A DNA stretch of 64,000 nt, taken from positions 620,001 to 684,000 of the forward strand of contig JBLDXI010000028.1 in NCBI GenBank assembly GCA_047495785.1. The letters are read 5' to 3'. This document shows positions 12,150-24,632 of the stretch, piece after piece (position 1 is the stretch's first letter; each line of letters opens with the position of its first letter). A program made the translations under genes and the position numbers. Source of the stretch: Lepidodermella squamata (lineage: Eukaryota; Animalia; Gastrotricha). The notes beneath the pieces were generated by a model. It saw nothing but the letters and a program-made list of their open reading frames with translations, made no database searches and had not been told where the DNA came from.

Positions 12150-13290
12150 AGTTACCGGCATCGACAAATCCTCTTCAGCGCGGATTTTTGTTTGAAATCG
12201 AAAATAGAAAGTTCATTGAATCTCAAGTCATGGCGAACATTGCCGCCCTTAGCAAAGTTGAATTTCTGCACGACATAACAGCGCAATGCCGCGCGAGAAC
12301 TTGTTCGGGGCTAGGGTTGCTTGCACAGCCATTGAATTGTCGCTCGTAACCGAAGGTAAGCTCTAGCGAATCTTGGGGGAGGTAAGCTTTTGAAGCCTGC
12401 TTTGAATAACATAAACTCGGCGACTCTGATAGCAGTTCGGCAGGCTAGAACCATGCCCCGAACACCACACTGCAGAGCTCGAAATGGCGAAATTTCCGTG
12501 AAGATCGGCTAGACTGAGTAGAGTATGAACAGATTCACGAAGTGTTGCTTTCCAGTCAGAGAATTTGGCCGGTGTGAGAGTGTGTCGGGCGGGATTAGCA
12601 TCGTTGAATGACCGTTAATTCAGACAGTCCCGCATCTTGTTGTAGATGCGGAATAATCATTCGGCGCCTTCAGAGCAGTGTAGAAAGATGGGAATTTTAC
12701 TGAAAGGGGGATTGGCAAGGGCCCCCTTACATCGCCCTGTGGTTATAGGCTACGAGCCCCAAGGGCTTGAAGCAGGAACAGTCCTCCTCGTCGTTGTCAT
12801 AGCAACTATTCCACGTGCTTTGATCTCAGCTCTGACTTTCGTTAGGAAAGCAGTTTGGATTTTTTCGTTCGTATGATCTAAAAATAAAACACCTATTGGG
12901 TAAGCAGTCATTCCGCTTAGCGCAGTAGATTCAATGACAAGAGCTCCGCGAGGAGCCATGACCATGACTATCTGAGATTGGATCTCCGGCAGGCTTGAAC
13001 TCGCCCGCGACAACAGCTCCATTTTTAGCGAATGAAAGGTTTTCTCTGGGAATTTTAGAAAATACCGTATTTGTTCTAATAGCAGTCCGGGCAACCCTCA
13101 AAGAATTCCTAAAAAGTGGGCTACCAATAGAGATGGGCAATTTGTTCGACGCTCTATCTTCGTAGTCATTGTCTTCCTGTGCATCGCGCTCTTCGTCACT
13201 GAATTGTTCAGCCAGATTTTCGGCAGGTTCGGCAGGTTTCGGCTCGGTTTTAGGCTTGAAGAAGCAGTCGATAGTTTTTCTGAACAATTT
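12150..13290 (-). pseudogene. Decayed DNA-transposase-like remnant (P-element/THAP9-like, tentative)
   Basis: Frameshifted fragments (YPIGVLFLD...GIVAMTT; RLQKLTS...; RFNELSIFD) loosely recall P-type transposase blocks; many stops. Confidence 0.3.
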
Positions 13291-14028
13291 AGCGGCAACA
13301 GTCTTATTTCAAATATTTCTGCGTCGTATGCGGGCAAATACTTGATTCACCTTCAATTTTACTAGAATCCGACTAGAACGCTGAAATCGCGATTTTGAGG
13401 CAATTCTCAATCTTCGACCGATTTAGTGTGCTGACCGTGTCGCTCTTAGGGAAAGAGAGGGGCAAAGAAAACGCCGACAGTCGGAGGAGCGTCAGTGCAT
13501 GAAGAGCGAATTGGCGGCCATGAATTTGCCTGTCGGGAAAATTGCCGAATCAATGTTGTCTTATTTGGAGGAAACAGGTGTTCACTCCAAACTCTATCAT
13601 ATCTTGTTTGGCGTCAAAACTAAAAAATGGGCAATCATCGTAACGTTAAAAAACTGGATTGAATCTAACCGTTGCCATTCTTACGAAGATGACATGAAAA
13701 TAGTCGTGTCGGCGGCATTTCTTTCCGGCATCAACGTCGTTGGAACCACCATCAATGTGCGAACCCGTACAAAGACGCATACAATCCAAGACTCTATCCA
13801 CTTTCTGTCAAATGCAGCGCTAAGACCTGGACTTCTTAATAATGCACAATTGCTCGATGTCGCCAACAACATCGAGTGTCCAAGTCCAAGGGGTTCATAC
13901 CCGGAGTTCAAAGTCACTTTGTAGACATATCTTAGATGACCTATCAAAGCTGATGCCTTTTTGGAGCAAAATAGCTGAAATATTGTAATGGCCGGGTGAT
14001 TTCCATTTCAGCCGCTTGATCATTTGCT

Positions 14029-14330
14029 TTAGCACCCATTTAGGGCCCATTTTTCCCTGGGGATTATCATCATATCGTCTTGGAGTATGAGTTGTCGAGG
14101 TCGTGACGTGGTGTTGTGTGAGATGTGAATAAGTTGAATGAATAGCTTCGGTACGATTTTAAAAGTGTTGTCAATGAAACATCGGCTAGTTTTAGCCAAG
14201 CGAATAAACCGTTGACAGTGTCGAAAATGATGAAGGCTCCATTCTCGGTTTTTTCGAAAGTTTTGAAAAACTCCTCGTTTCTCTTTGTTTTCAAACATCG
14301 ATCGAGCAAGTGCGGATCGTAGTCAAGGTC
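14029..14330 (-). pseudogene. MULE/Mutator transposase fragment
   Basis: FIDNTFKIVPKLFIQLIHI matches the MULE DGTFK..P..F.QL..I motif; frameshift just upstream. Confidence 0.55.
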
Positions 14331-14748
14331 ACGAGGTGACGCTAGTGTAACAGATATGAATCCGCTAGCGGCCAGAATGTAGAATTTGCTGTTTCATATC
14401 TAGTTCATATGGATTCGATCATCCGATTTTGCAAGGTGGGAACTAATTTTCTCGAACTGCGGAGCGAGTGGTTTGTTGTAAAAGCAGCCGAGATCCGGCC
14501 CATTTCGACAGCCCGATCTGAATACGCCAACGGCCAGCGAAAATTTACTGCCCAAGCTGCGAAGTAGGTTTCGGGATATATGAGACACGCTCTGTAGTTC
14601 TTTTAGATCTTTCTGTAAAATAGCTGGCAAATGCCCTGAACCTCAACGATCGCGAGAATTGATCTGTTCAACATTTATATAATACTTCAGCTACTACTTT
14701 CATTTTATTACTGAGAATCGATCCTTCCGACACTCTGAATCTTGAATC

Positions 14749-17634
14749 ATGCATTTTCTACTCTTAGCCCTCTATCAGATTGATAAGGACATCAAGCAAG
14801 CCCGATTAGCCCTCATCCAAGAGAAATCAGATCCCAGCGAAGAAGACGATTCTGCAAAGCGAGTAGCCGTTCTCGAAATCAAAGTCTTCGAACTGATCCA
14901 GCAGCGCCATGCTTTCTGCTCGCGAGCTTACGAATCTCTGTGGCTGAAACATTACAGTCGTTACGCTTTCGTCTCTGTGGTATGGAGAGATTTATATCGG
15001 CTCAATGGTCGCCTTCCTGCACTGGCGAAACGGCTTGAACTGGAAGATGCCATTCGCAACAATGATTTTGTCATGGTTGTTGGCGCAACTGGGTCTGGAA
15101 AGTCAACTCAATTGCCGCAATACGTCATTGATATGCCAGAGTTCAATGGCAAAAAGGTAGAATTTCTCATTTCAGCATCCGTCATGTAATTCATTCTTTT
15201 CTAAGGTCTATTGCACTCAACCTCGAAGGGTTGCAACCATGCATCTAGCAGAACGAGTCGCCCTAGAATTCGCCGGTGGCTATGAGCCCCACGGCCAGCT
15301 AGGCCGCTCTGTTGGTTTCCAAATCGGAGGCCTCTCGAACCGATCGAAATACACTTTGATAGAATACATGACAGAGGGCATGTTAGTCCAACATTTAGCC
15401 GATAAGTTCAGCCGGCAAGAGGACGCCAATGATCCTAATGCTAGGGAACGGATTCGTCTCAACGAATGTGCTGCTGTTATTGTGGACGAGGTCCATGAAC
15501 GAAATATCATTTCAGACTTCCTTCTGGGACTTCTGAAGGCTAAAAAGAAGGAGTATCCCAAACTGAAGGTCATTGTCGCCTCAGCAACTGTGGATAATAA
15601 AAAATTCTCAGATTATTTGGCCTGCCCGGTCATTGAGATCCCTGGTAAGATTTTTTTCTGCTTCAAACTCTGCTAAATTCTTCGTTTTAGGAAAGACTTT
15701 CCCTGTAAAAGTAGAGTACGAACCGCATGCTTTTCACTCCCAGTTCCCTTCGAACAAAGATCTCTTAGTCGGAGCATTGGTTGCAAAGGCCCTTGAAATC
15801 GTCAATACAACGCGAGATGGTCATATTCTAGTCTTCATAACTGGCCAATTCGAAGCTGAAACAGCTCGCGACATGATGCGCTCTCGACTCATTTCACTGC
15901 CGGGAAAGAACTGGTCGACAGCCGTGCACGCGTTGTACGGCAAGCAGACCCCAGAAGAGCAATTTGATGTCCTCCATCCACAAGATCCGAACCAGCGAAT
16001 GGTTCTCTTTGCGACTGATGTAGCTGAAACTAGTTTGACTGTCGATGGTGTGCGTTACGTCATCGATTGTGGCTATTCGAAGGTATAGTTTCCCATGCCT
16101 ATTCACTGGTTTCTATTGACGAATGTCGCTTATAGGATGTCATTTATGATTCGAGAAGAAATGTTACGACTCTGAAGGTTTTTCCGATCTCCAAAAGTTC
16201 CGCCGACCAGAGAACTGGAAGAGCTGGTCGAACTGCCTCAGGAATCTGTTATCGCCTCTATCCGAAAAGCTTTTACGATGAAATGGATGACTATCCCAAG
16301 CCTGAGGTATGATTTGAATTGGACTGAAATAATACTTTTATATATTCATTTCCTATTCCCAGATTAAGCGCAGATCCCTTTCTCTCACAGTGACAACTCT
16401 TATCGCTATCGGCAAGAATCCATACGATTTCGAATGGATCGACGCCCCTGATAAAAGTGCCATCAAAGCTGCGGAAAAAGAACTTCGATACCTCGGCATT
16501 ATCAAAGGCCCTATTGAAAATGCTCGAGTTACTGATGTTGGCCGGGCTATTAGTTCTTTGCAGATCGAACCAAGTTTGGGTCGAATGATCTTCTATGCGT
16601 GTAAGGAAGGCTTTGGCCGAGCTGCGACAGCCTTAGCTGGCCTTATGACCTGCGGTTTCCAGCTGTTTTCAACCGCTGTAAATGCGAAGAAGTCTAAATA
16701 TTTGACTGAAAAGGGCGAGATTGTTTCGGCATATCGAGCTTACATGGATTGGCTGGAGCTGAAGAAAATCGATGATTTCGAGTCGAAAATGAAAGCAGAA
16801 TTGGAGAAGGAGAAACAATCTGCAGAAGAAGAGCCGGTCAAGACTCTCGAGTCCACCGAAAATCCTACCGGGGGCCGTGATAGTGGACTTGATAGCAAAA
16901 CTCCTTCTGCTGAAACCCCAAATCCGGAACTTGAGCCTGAATCAACCGAGGTCGAAGAGCAAGAAATGAAGTATGAAAGTGGGGATGAAGATGAGGATGG
17001 CGATGGTAAGTTCGAGATGATCCTACCCGATGAGATCGACGAATTGGCTCGAGCAATGCCTGATTCGAATTTCGTCGATAAAACTGACGCTATGCCTACC
17101 TCGCCGCGAATCACTGAATGGGCTGCGAAGAACGCTGTTAGCAGCGATGCGTGTTACATGGCTTACCTCGAACAACAAGCTCTGATAAGCCGTTTACAGA
17201 TTCGTGGCATTTGGAAGGCTGCTGTTGATCAAGAACGCGAGCCGAGTGACGAAGACCTGCAGAAGATGGCTCTGAACGCTTTGCTACAAAATGTGGCGAA
17301 GCTTGAATTGCCGATGCGATGGCGCTATCGAGTTTTAACCACTGAAACTACCGGTGAGGTTTTCAAACTCTGCCCACCTCGGAATGTTGCTGGCTACAAC
17401 CCGCCGCCGAAATGGGTCGTCTTTCACGAAGCTACTCAGCCTGCTGCGAGTTCGGGCGATGACGATAGACCGGCGTATTTGCACAAAGTAACTCCCATCG
17501 ACCCGATTTGGATTGTTGAAGGCGCGACGACGAAGCGATTTCCGAAAAAGATTCTCGAATTAGTCCAAGAGAATTTGACTTCAGATTCTGATGAAGAGTC
17601 GAGTTATTACGATTCGTCCGATTATGACTTTTAG
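14749..17634 (+). CDS. DEAH/RHA-family RNA helicase (multi-exon; true start is upstream)
   Basis: Motifs I GATGSGKST, Ia TQPRRVA, II DEVH, III SAT, V ATDVAETSLT and VI QRTGRAGR, plus an HA2-like region; short GT-AG introns. Confidence 0.93.
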
Positions 17635-17761
17635 GTGCTGTGATTTCAGTCTTTTGAACGCTCAAGAAAATATACAATAAACAGTATAACTCTTTGTTTC
17701 GCCTATTTATTTTGATATTTTGATTTTTCTGCAGTTAATATTGCGTAAATAGGGTAAAAAC

Positions 17762-20082
17762 TCAAGCTGAATCATTGAGAACTTCTGTGTTTTTGGCGTG
17801 GTGGTGATCCAGAGTCTTAGTGTTATTCGGATCATAGTCGTGCAGGCCTTGCTCGGCTGATACGCTATGAGAGCGCTCGAAACAACATCTCGAAATGAAA
17901 TCCAAGCTGGACGAAACAAGAAGCAGTGGCTTATGATAGAAACTTCTGATGTCAAACTTACTTGAGCAAAATACAAGCTCCGAAAAATATCGCGAACAGG
18001 ATGATATTCCATTTCATGAGGCGAACCTTGTGTTCAACGATTATCTGGCGGGGTAAAGCAGAGTAGACTCGTATTTTATAAAGTGCTTCAAACTCACATC
18101 TTGAAGCAGATCGCGATTTCTGTAAGATCGGGCTATGTCACTGATATCAACAATGGCATCTCGCATCATTTGTGTCTTGAGTAACGTTCTGTATTTCTGA
18201 CTCCACCATAGCAACTCTGACATTTTCGATTCGAAAACTTGCGGGTCGTCAAGAAGAGAATAGCGAATTCTACGCCTCAATTCGTACAAAGGCATGATCG
18301 ATGAAGAGCTTGATCCTGTCGATTTGTGGCAACTCCCGTTCTTGGGTAAGCTATGCTTCCTATTATCGACTGTAGCAATGTGGCGGGTTACGTTTTCCGA
18401 CCAAATCTCACGGGCTCTAGCCATTAGTTCGTCGTTATGTTCCAATAAAGTCGCCAAGTACTTATCAAGGTCCTTTTTCACGCCTAAATAGAACTGCTGG
18501 ACTGAATCGTCGTCTTGATAATAGCTTGAAGCTTTTGAACCGCTCGAGCCAGTTGTTGAAGATACGTCTTCGGTTGATTCCCTCGAAAAAGCGTTGTCTG
18601 CCTTCCGAATTTTGTGGCGATGCTCGGCGAAAATGCTGTGGAGACTGAAGACTCGAGCGGTGGTTGATACGCAGATGATTACAACGGTGGAAATGAAGTA
18701 TCTTCCGAGAAGGGGGACGACTAAACTTGAGGCAGGGGTAATGTCCAAGTAGAAGTTGAGGAAGAATAGCACGACTAGCAGGGTTGAGACAGATAATCCT
18801 ATTTTCTCCCGGCAATCAGCTGGTAGTAAAAAGGCGCAAACTGCGAGACACATTAGGGCAGCTGATGGAAGAACCTGAGAGAATTGAGAAAAAGAACGAA
18901 GTCTTACTAACTATTAACGAATAGCAATAGGACAAGAATAGACAAAGGGTAAGAATGGGAAGTAAAAAGAAGTTATCACTATTCCTATCCAATATCTTGT
19001 CCCAAAATGATGCATACCAGATTTATAGTGTAGAAGAATGATCTTCGCTTTAGGCAAACTGTGAATCGAATATCCGAGTAAGTCTCGTGCCGATTTGCAT
19101 AGATGTACTCCTGCCTGTATCGCCTCGCATAGGAATCCTTCAGCTCCCATTCAGCATTCGTATCATCAAACTGAGATAAGTCTACAATTCCTGTATCATC
19201 TGTTTTACCGTTGCTAATTTTCAGCTCGAGAAGCGAGGAATCATAACTCCAAGAACCAAATTTGAGATCGCAGCATTGTTCGTCACTTCATACAAGAGAA
19301 TAAAGTTAAACCTTATTTGGTTCGGCATGTCAATGTTAGACTTACTAAGGGAAATAATGCATGTCCACAGCACAAAAACTGCTTAAAATCGCGGGAGGGC
19401 GCCATACTATTGTTCCATTAGCGTAAATTGTTGCTTTTGATTGACTCCCGGGAGAGTTGGCTTTATTGGGACTGTAATCGCCATCGACACTGAGAAATTA
19501 ACAAACGGTACAAGGGGACAGTTTTTAAGCACGTCCAAACCTGTTGTAAAGAACAATATCCGGGTGCCAAATTGAGTTAGGAGTAGTCGAGATGTGAGAA
19601 ATTCCGCCGTAGTCGGCCGGGTTCCAAGTCAGTCGCTCGTTGACCCATTTGTGGTAGACGAAAAAATTGCCCAACAGCATTTGATTCACCACATCGAGGT
19701 TAACCAACTGAATCAAAGAAAGGCCAACCTCAACGAACAAGGGTGGTTCTTGAATGACGGATGCACCGCCCCCTAACGGATGATAAGTGTCATTTATGAT
19801 ACCCGTTGGTCTAACAAGGCGATCGAAATGCGTTTCGGGGGAGAAAAATCGTTGATGAAGACGGAAAGAGTGGTAAACCTGGCTGTCTTCATCCTCATCT
19901 TCGAGATCGTAGAAAAAATCGGCATAGTCTGTATCGAGTAATTCTTCTCCTTCGACCTCAGCCGACTGATCGGTAACTTTGCTTTGCTCTTTGTAAACCC
20001 CTTGTAAATCAGCTAAGGAAGCGATAGACACAATCAAGCAAAAACTTGATAACATTTCGGTGTTCAAATTTTCCATCTGCAT
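17762..20082 (-). CDS. Cys-loop ligand-gated ion channel, nAChR-like non-alpha subunit (copy A)
   Basis: WNPADYGGI, IWHPDIVLYN, Cys-loop C..DM.YFPYDEQCC.L.FGSW, EKIGLSVSTLL (M2), four TM helices; no vicinal Cys in loop C. Confidence 0.92.
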
Positions 20083-20473
20083 GGGCGCCTAAAGCAGCCG
20101 CTCGAAGTGGCGGTGCACTGGTTTCGCCGCACTATTGTCGCGCTTTAATGGAGAGATAAGCTGCGCCTTATAGCGGTCTCTGTTTTCCATAAATCAGCCC
20201 GGCAATGTCCTTTTCTCCGCTTATAGACTTCAGCTTATTTGTTGTGTAAAATTGTCAAAATTCCAAGCTGCCAAGTTTTTGCACTAAATTTAGGTTCTTA
20301 TGGGAGTTATCGAGTAGCGAGTTTTTCATTTTATCATGTTAACTCACAACAAAATTTGCCTTTATCGGAACTGCTATTATCAACTTTGAGACCTATGGAT
20401 GTGAATGTATAAACAAGCTTGATAGCAAGAAAATAAGCCATTCTACAGTTGTGTGATTCTATAATTTTCTCCA

Positions 20474-21851
20474 ATGAATTCGCGCTACATAGTCAAGCAT
20501 TTAACCCAGTGGTTGATTGTTTGTTTGATTTTTTGTGCCGAAAAAGGTTTTGCGGAGTTGTCGCCCATGGAAAATAACTTGCTTAATGCAACTTCCAGTC
20601 TCGACGTCAAACAAGATGACACAGCGCTGAAATGGTTTGCAACACCAATATTCATCGCTGTATCCTCGCTGTTAATTTACATATTCTTACAATTTGCGGT
20701 CCAATTTCTTGATGGTATTTCGTCTAACGATCTTGGAAATATTCAAGTTGGTAAAAGCATTTTAAGTGAGAGGTTTGTAAATGGCTGGGGATCACGTACA
20801 GAGACGGGAGAAATCAAGCCCACAAGCGAACTTCCTTGCTGCTTGCGAATGTTGTCAGTCGTCGTCAAAGCACAAATTACTCGACTTATCCTCATGGGCA
20901 TAATCGTGAAAACGTTTGACGTCTACGTTTCCATAAAATTGGAACGCCTGCTTTCGGCTGAGTTCAATAGCGAAATTTTTGCCACAATAATTACAGCTGC
21001 CGTTCTACTTGTTGTTGAATTCGTACCTGCTATTCTGTTAAACTGCATTACAAAGGAGATTTTAGTACCAATAACAGCTTTCTTCTCGATCTTTCCTGGG
21101 TGCATTTTGTGGTTGTCTGGTTTTGCGTCATTTGAAATCTGGATGAGGGAAAAGTTTCCTATGGCAAATCTACCGCGACATCAACAAAAACGAAATATTT
21201 TTAAATCTGTATTGACGGCTTTTGATTCAAGTCAGTGGGATACAATTCTACGTAAGGACAAATAATCCAATATTTCTTCTTTTCCACATATATGTCTGCA
21301 CATCCCTTGTAGGTGTGGTAAAATTAGGCCTTCACGACATGGCACATTTTATAAAACTTGGCGCAGTAGAACATGATGCGAAAAATCAAGGCAAGAGAAA
21401 AACTGATGCAGAAGCAGAAAAACTGAACAAAAAAAAGCTTGCCGCAAAAAATGTACGTGAGTTCGAATCTAGTCGAATAATACGGAAAGATGATGCTCCT
21501 TCATTTGGCGACGGCAATTTCGTGCTTGTCTCAGAAGGTGGGATTATTCAAGACTATGTTGTTTCGGGACTACAAATAGGACCCAATTCATATGGCAAAA
21601 CTATGAGCGAAATTCTGCAAGAAAACCAACAGCTGCTCAAGCTGTCGTGCTTTCATTTAGCCATGGACGACTTGGTGATTGACGTGTTACTGGGTCTGGT
21701 TAGGCAGTACGTGGAATATGTCGTGGTTTGGGAAGTCAAAAGAAAGGATAAGCCAGGATGGAAGGGCTTCAAGGCGCCACAAAACAGAAATGGTGTACAA
21801 CCATTTCGCCTTATGAAACTGAGTGAAATAAGAATATTGGATCCTCCGTGA
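20474..21851 (+). CDS. Orphan multi-pass membrane protein (intron ~21252-21312)
   Basis: ORFs 20474-21265 and 21222-21851 join in frame via GTAAG...TTGTAG. Signal-peptide-like start and several hydrophobic helices; no recognisable family. Confidence 0.55.
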
Positions 21852-22059
21852 GATTGTTCCTTGCCAGAATCTCACGTAAGAGATATTGTCCGAGGCAATG
21901 TGGTTATTGAGTCTGTGAAAATTGCCAAGGCAACCAAAAACAACCTAAACTGGAATTTTTCGAACTAAACGCTTTCGGAAAGTCATAAATCATATGCAAT
22001 TGCCCAAATGAATGTTTTAATATTATAATTAATGAAGCCTTTGTAAGCCAGAAATAAAG

Positions 22060-24063
22060 TCACGGAAGAGCTGTAGAAACGTTTGAAATAGCTTCGATGT
22101 ATTCACGCTTAGCACTCGACACAACGCCCCTTTCATGGCTAACTTGATGCTCTTGGGCCAAACAACAGTGCTTGAACAAGTCGTAACTGAAAATTATTAG
22201 ATGAAACGTAAAATATAAATTTAAGGAATATAGTACCTGGCATAGAGACTCGCACCAAGAAAAACGAAAAACAAAATTACGTTGATTTTTGAAAGTCGTA
22301 TTCGAAGCTTCGTATCAACCGCCTCCATTCTGTCCTTCTCCATCAGCGAATCAGCGATTGAGCCAATATCCACGATAAGATTTCGCATCAAATGGCCCTT
22401 TAACAGAGTCCGGTAGCGCTTGCTCCAGTTGAGGAGTTCTGATAAATTAGACTCGAAAACTTCCGGTGTCTCCAGGCAGGCAAAGCGAATCCTACGGCGA
22501 AGTTCAACCATGGGAATCATTGACGCAGAGGCTAGCGTTGGGCTATCGCCTGTTTTAGGCTTCCTGCGATGCTTTCTATTGTCTATTTTCGCCCAGCAAG
22601 ACGTAATATTCTCAGCCCAAAGCTCACGAGCCCGTTGAGTTAAATCTCGATTTGCCTCGAGGAAAATTATGAGTTGTTCATCTAAGTCCCGCTTGATTTC
22701 CCGATACTGGCGGCGGAAGAAGTTGTCAGTCCTATCCCCGGCATGAAACGGAGATTTCTTAACCTTCTTTTTGGCAAAGCTGTGCTCGATAAAGATGTTA
22801 TGGACAGTTAGAACTCTGGCAATAGTAGACAGGGCGACTATGATTATGGTGGCTACGATGTATTTTCCAATAAGTGGCACTGCGAGGCTAGTTGGAGGCG
22901 TCAAATCAATGTAAAAATTTATGAAGAATAGTACATTGAGTAGGGTGGACACGGATAATCCGATTTTTTCGTCACTATCCGGCGGTAAGAAGAAAGCAGC
23001 TACAGCAAGGGCCATCAAGGATGCGCAAGGGAAGACCTGTGAAACGAATTAGACGATTCGAAACAAAGAAAGCTACAACAACGTACCAGATTGATTGTAT
23101 AAAAAAAGGACCTGCGTTTCAGGCAAACTGTGAACCTCGCGTCTGAGTAAGATTCAGGCTCGGAGTCGGCGTAAGTGTAAATCCTTCGATGTCGTCTGGC
23201 TAGCGTGTCTTTCAACTCCCACTCCGCATTCGTGTCCTCGAAAATCGATAAATCAATACGGCCAAAGTCGTCACTTGCCCCGCCCATAAATTTGAGCTCG
23301 AGAAGTTGGGAGCTGTAAGTCCACGACCCAAACCTTAAGTCGCAGCATTGCTGGTCGTATGGGAAGTTGTTCATATCGATCGTGCAGAAACTGCTCAAAA
23401 TCGCAGGAGGTCGCCATAAGATTGTCCCGTTCGCGAATAAAATCGCCTGTGACTGACCACTAGAAATTGTGCTCTCAGGATTATACTCGCCATTAGCACT
23501 AGCAGATGAAAGATTGTTCATGTTACGACAGGCCAAAAGTCCTCCAAACTTTACCTGTTATACAGAACGATGTCCGGCAGCCAAATTGAACTGGGGCTAA
23601 TGATAATCTCAGATATACCGCCGTAGTCATTCGGATTCCAAACGAAGCGCTCATCTACCCATTTATGCGTCAGAAAATAATTGCCCACCAGCATTTGATT
23701 GTGGATATCTAACTGAACTAATTGAACTAATGTCAGCCCGATCTCGATGGTAAGAGGCGGCCAGGCTGCGAAGGTTTTGTTATCGGACCTTATTTTCATC
23801 AAAACCGCGTTTTCAACGATGCCGGAAGGCTTGACGAGTCGTTCGAAAAATTTGTCAGGCGGGAATAAGTCTTCGTGAAGCCGTTTTGAATGGCTCACTT
23901 GTGAGTTGGCTTCTTCTTCGGTGATGGGTGGTATTGTAACGTTGGTGATCAACAGAAAAACGGCTGCAAAATCATCTTCGTTAAACGAGCCGGTTTGGTG
24001 ACGTCGCTGGGAGAAGACCACGGGTAGAAACAGAGCGAAAAATAACAGCAATTTTAACCTCAT
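22060..24063 (-). CDS. Cys-loop ligand-gated ion channel, nAChR-like non-alpha subunit (copy B)
   Basis: Signal peptide MRLKLLLFF, WNPNDYGGI, IWLPDIVLYN, CTIDMNNFPYDQQCCDLRFGSW, EKIGLSVSTLL; paralog of copy A. Confidence 0.92.
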
Positions 24064-24581
24064 TGTTGCGCGAATGAAATTTATTGGAATGTTGTGTTTG
24101 GGATTTTGTTCGTTTCGTTTGAGCCGATAATCTGCTAGCGGCAAACGGCGGCTTCCAAAGCGCCAAACATCCGGAACGGCGATTAGCACTACTAAAGCAA
24201 CTTCCCGCGTGTATCTTATCAGTTGACATAATGGAGAATCAACACACAATCGGTCGTAATTTAGAGTGCATTTTAATTCTTCCATTTTCTTCATTCACAT
24301 TTTCAAAGAAAAACCCGCATGGAATAACTCTCGTTTATAAGCTGAAAATCACAATATAAATTGTTAAAAGCAAATAAAATGAGGAAAATTCGAGTTCGGC
24401 TAATTGACTTTGGAATTTCTCCCCGTCATCATAACATCGGAAATTCCAGAACATTCGCCCTTATAGTTTCCTACACTGATCACGGAATTGTCCGTTTAGA
24501 TAAGAAAACGGAACTTACCTATGTTGATAAAGCAGTGTGAATAGTTAATTTGGGCTCTCATGTACCTGCAATTCGGTCGGG

Positions 24582-24588
24582 TATATAA
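24582..24588 (+). promoter_or_regulatory. Putative TATA box of the Cys-rich peptide gene
   Basis: TATATAA about 50 nt upstream of ATG 24633. Confidence 0.5.
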
Positions 24589-24632
24589 GCACGGGCCTTC
24601 AAAGCCTGATCGTAGTGCTATTGTTTCCAGCT

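Noticed and set aside
13499-13924. 141-aa plus-strand ORF
   Set aside because: No recognisable motif; it lies among transposon debris, so I cannot support a product call.
23551-24294. 247-aa ORF as the full N-terminus of nAChR copy B
   Set aside because: The signal peptide starts at ATG 24063; the upstream extension uses a non-ATG start and is probably 5'UTR or promoter.
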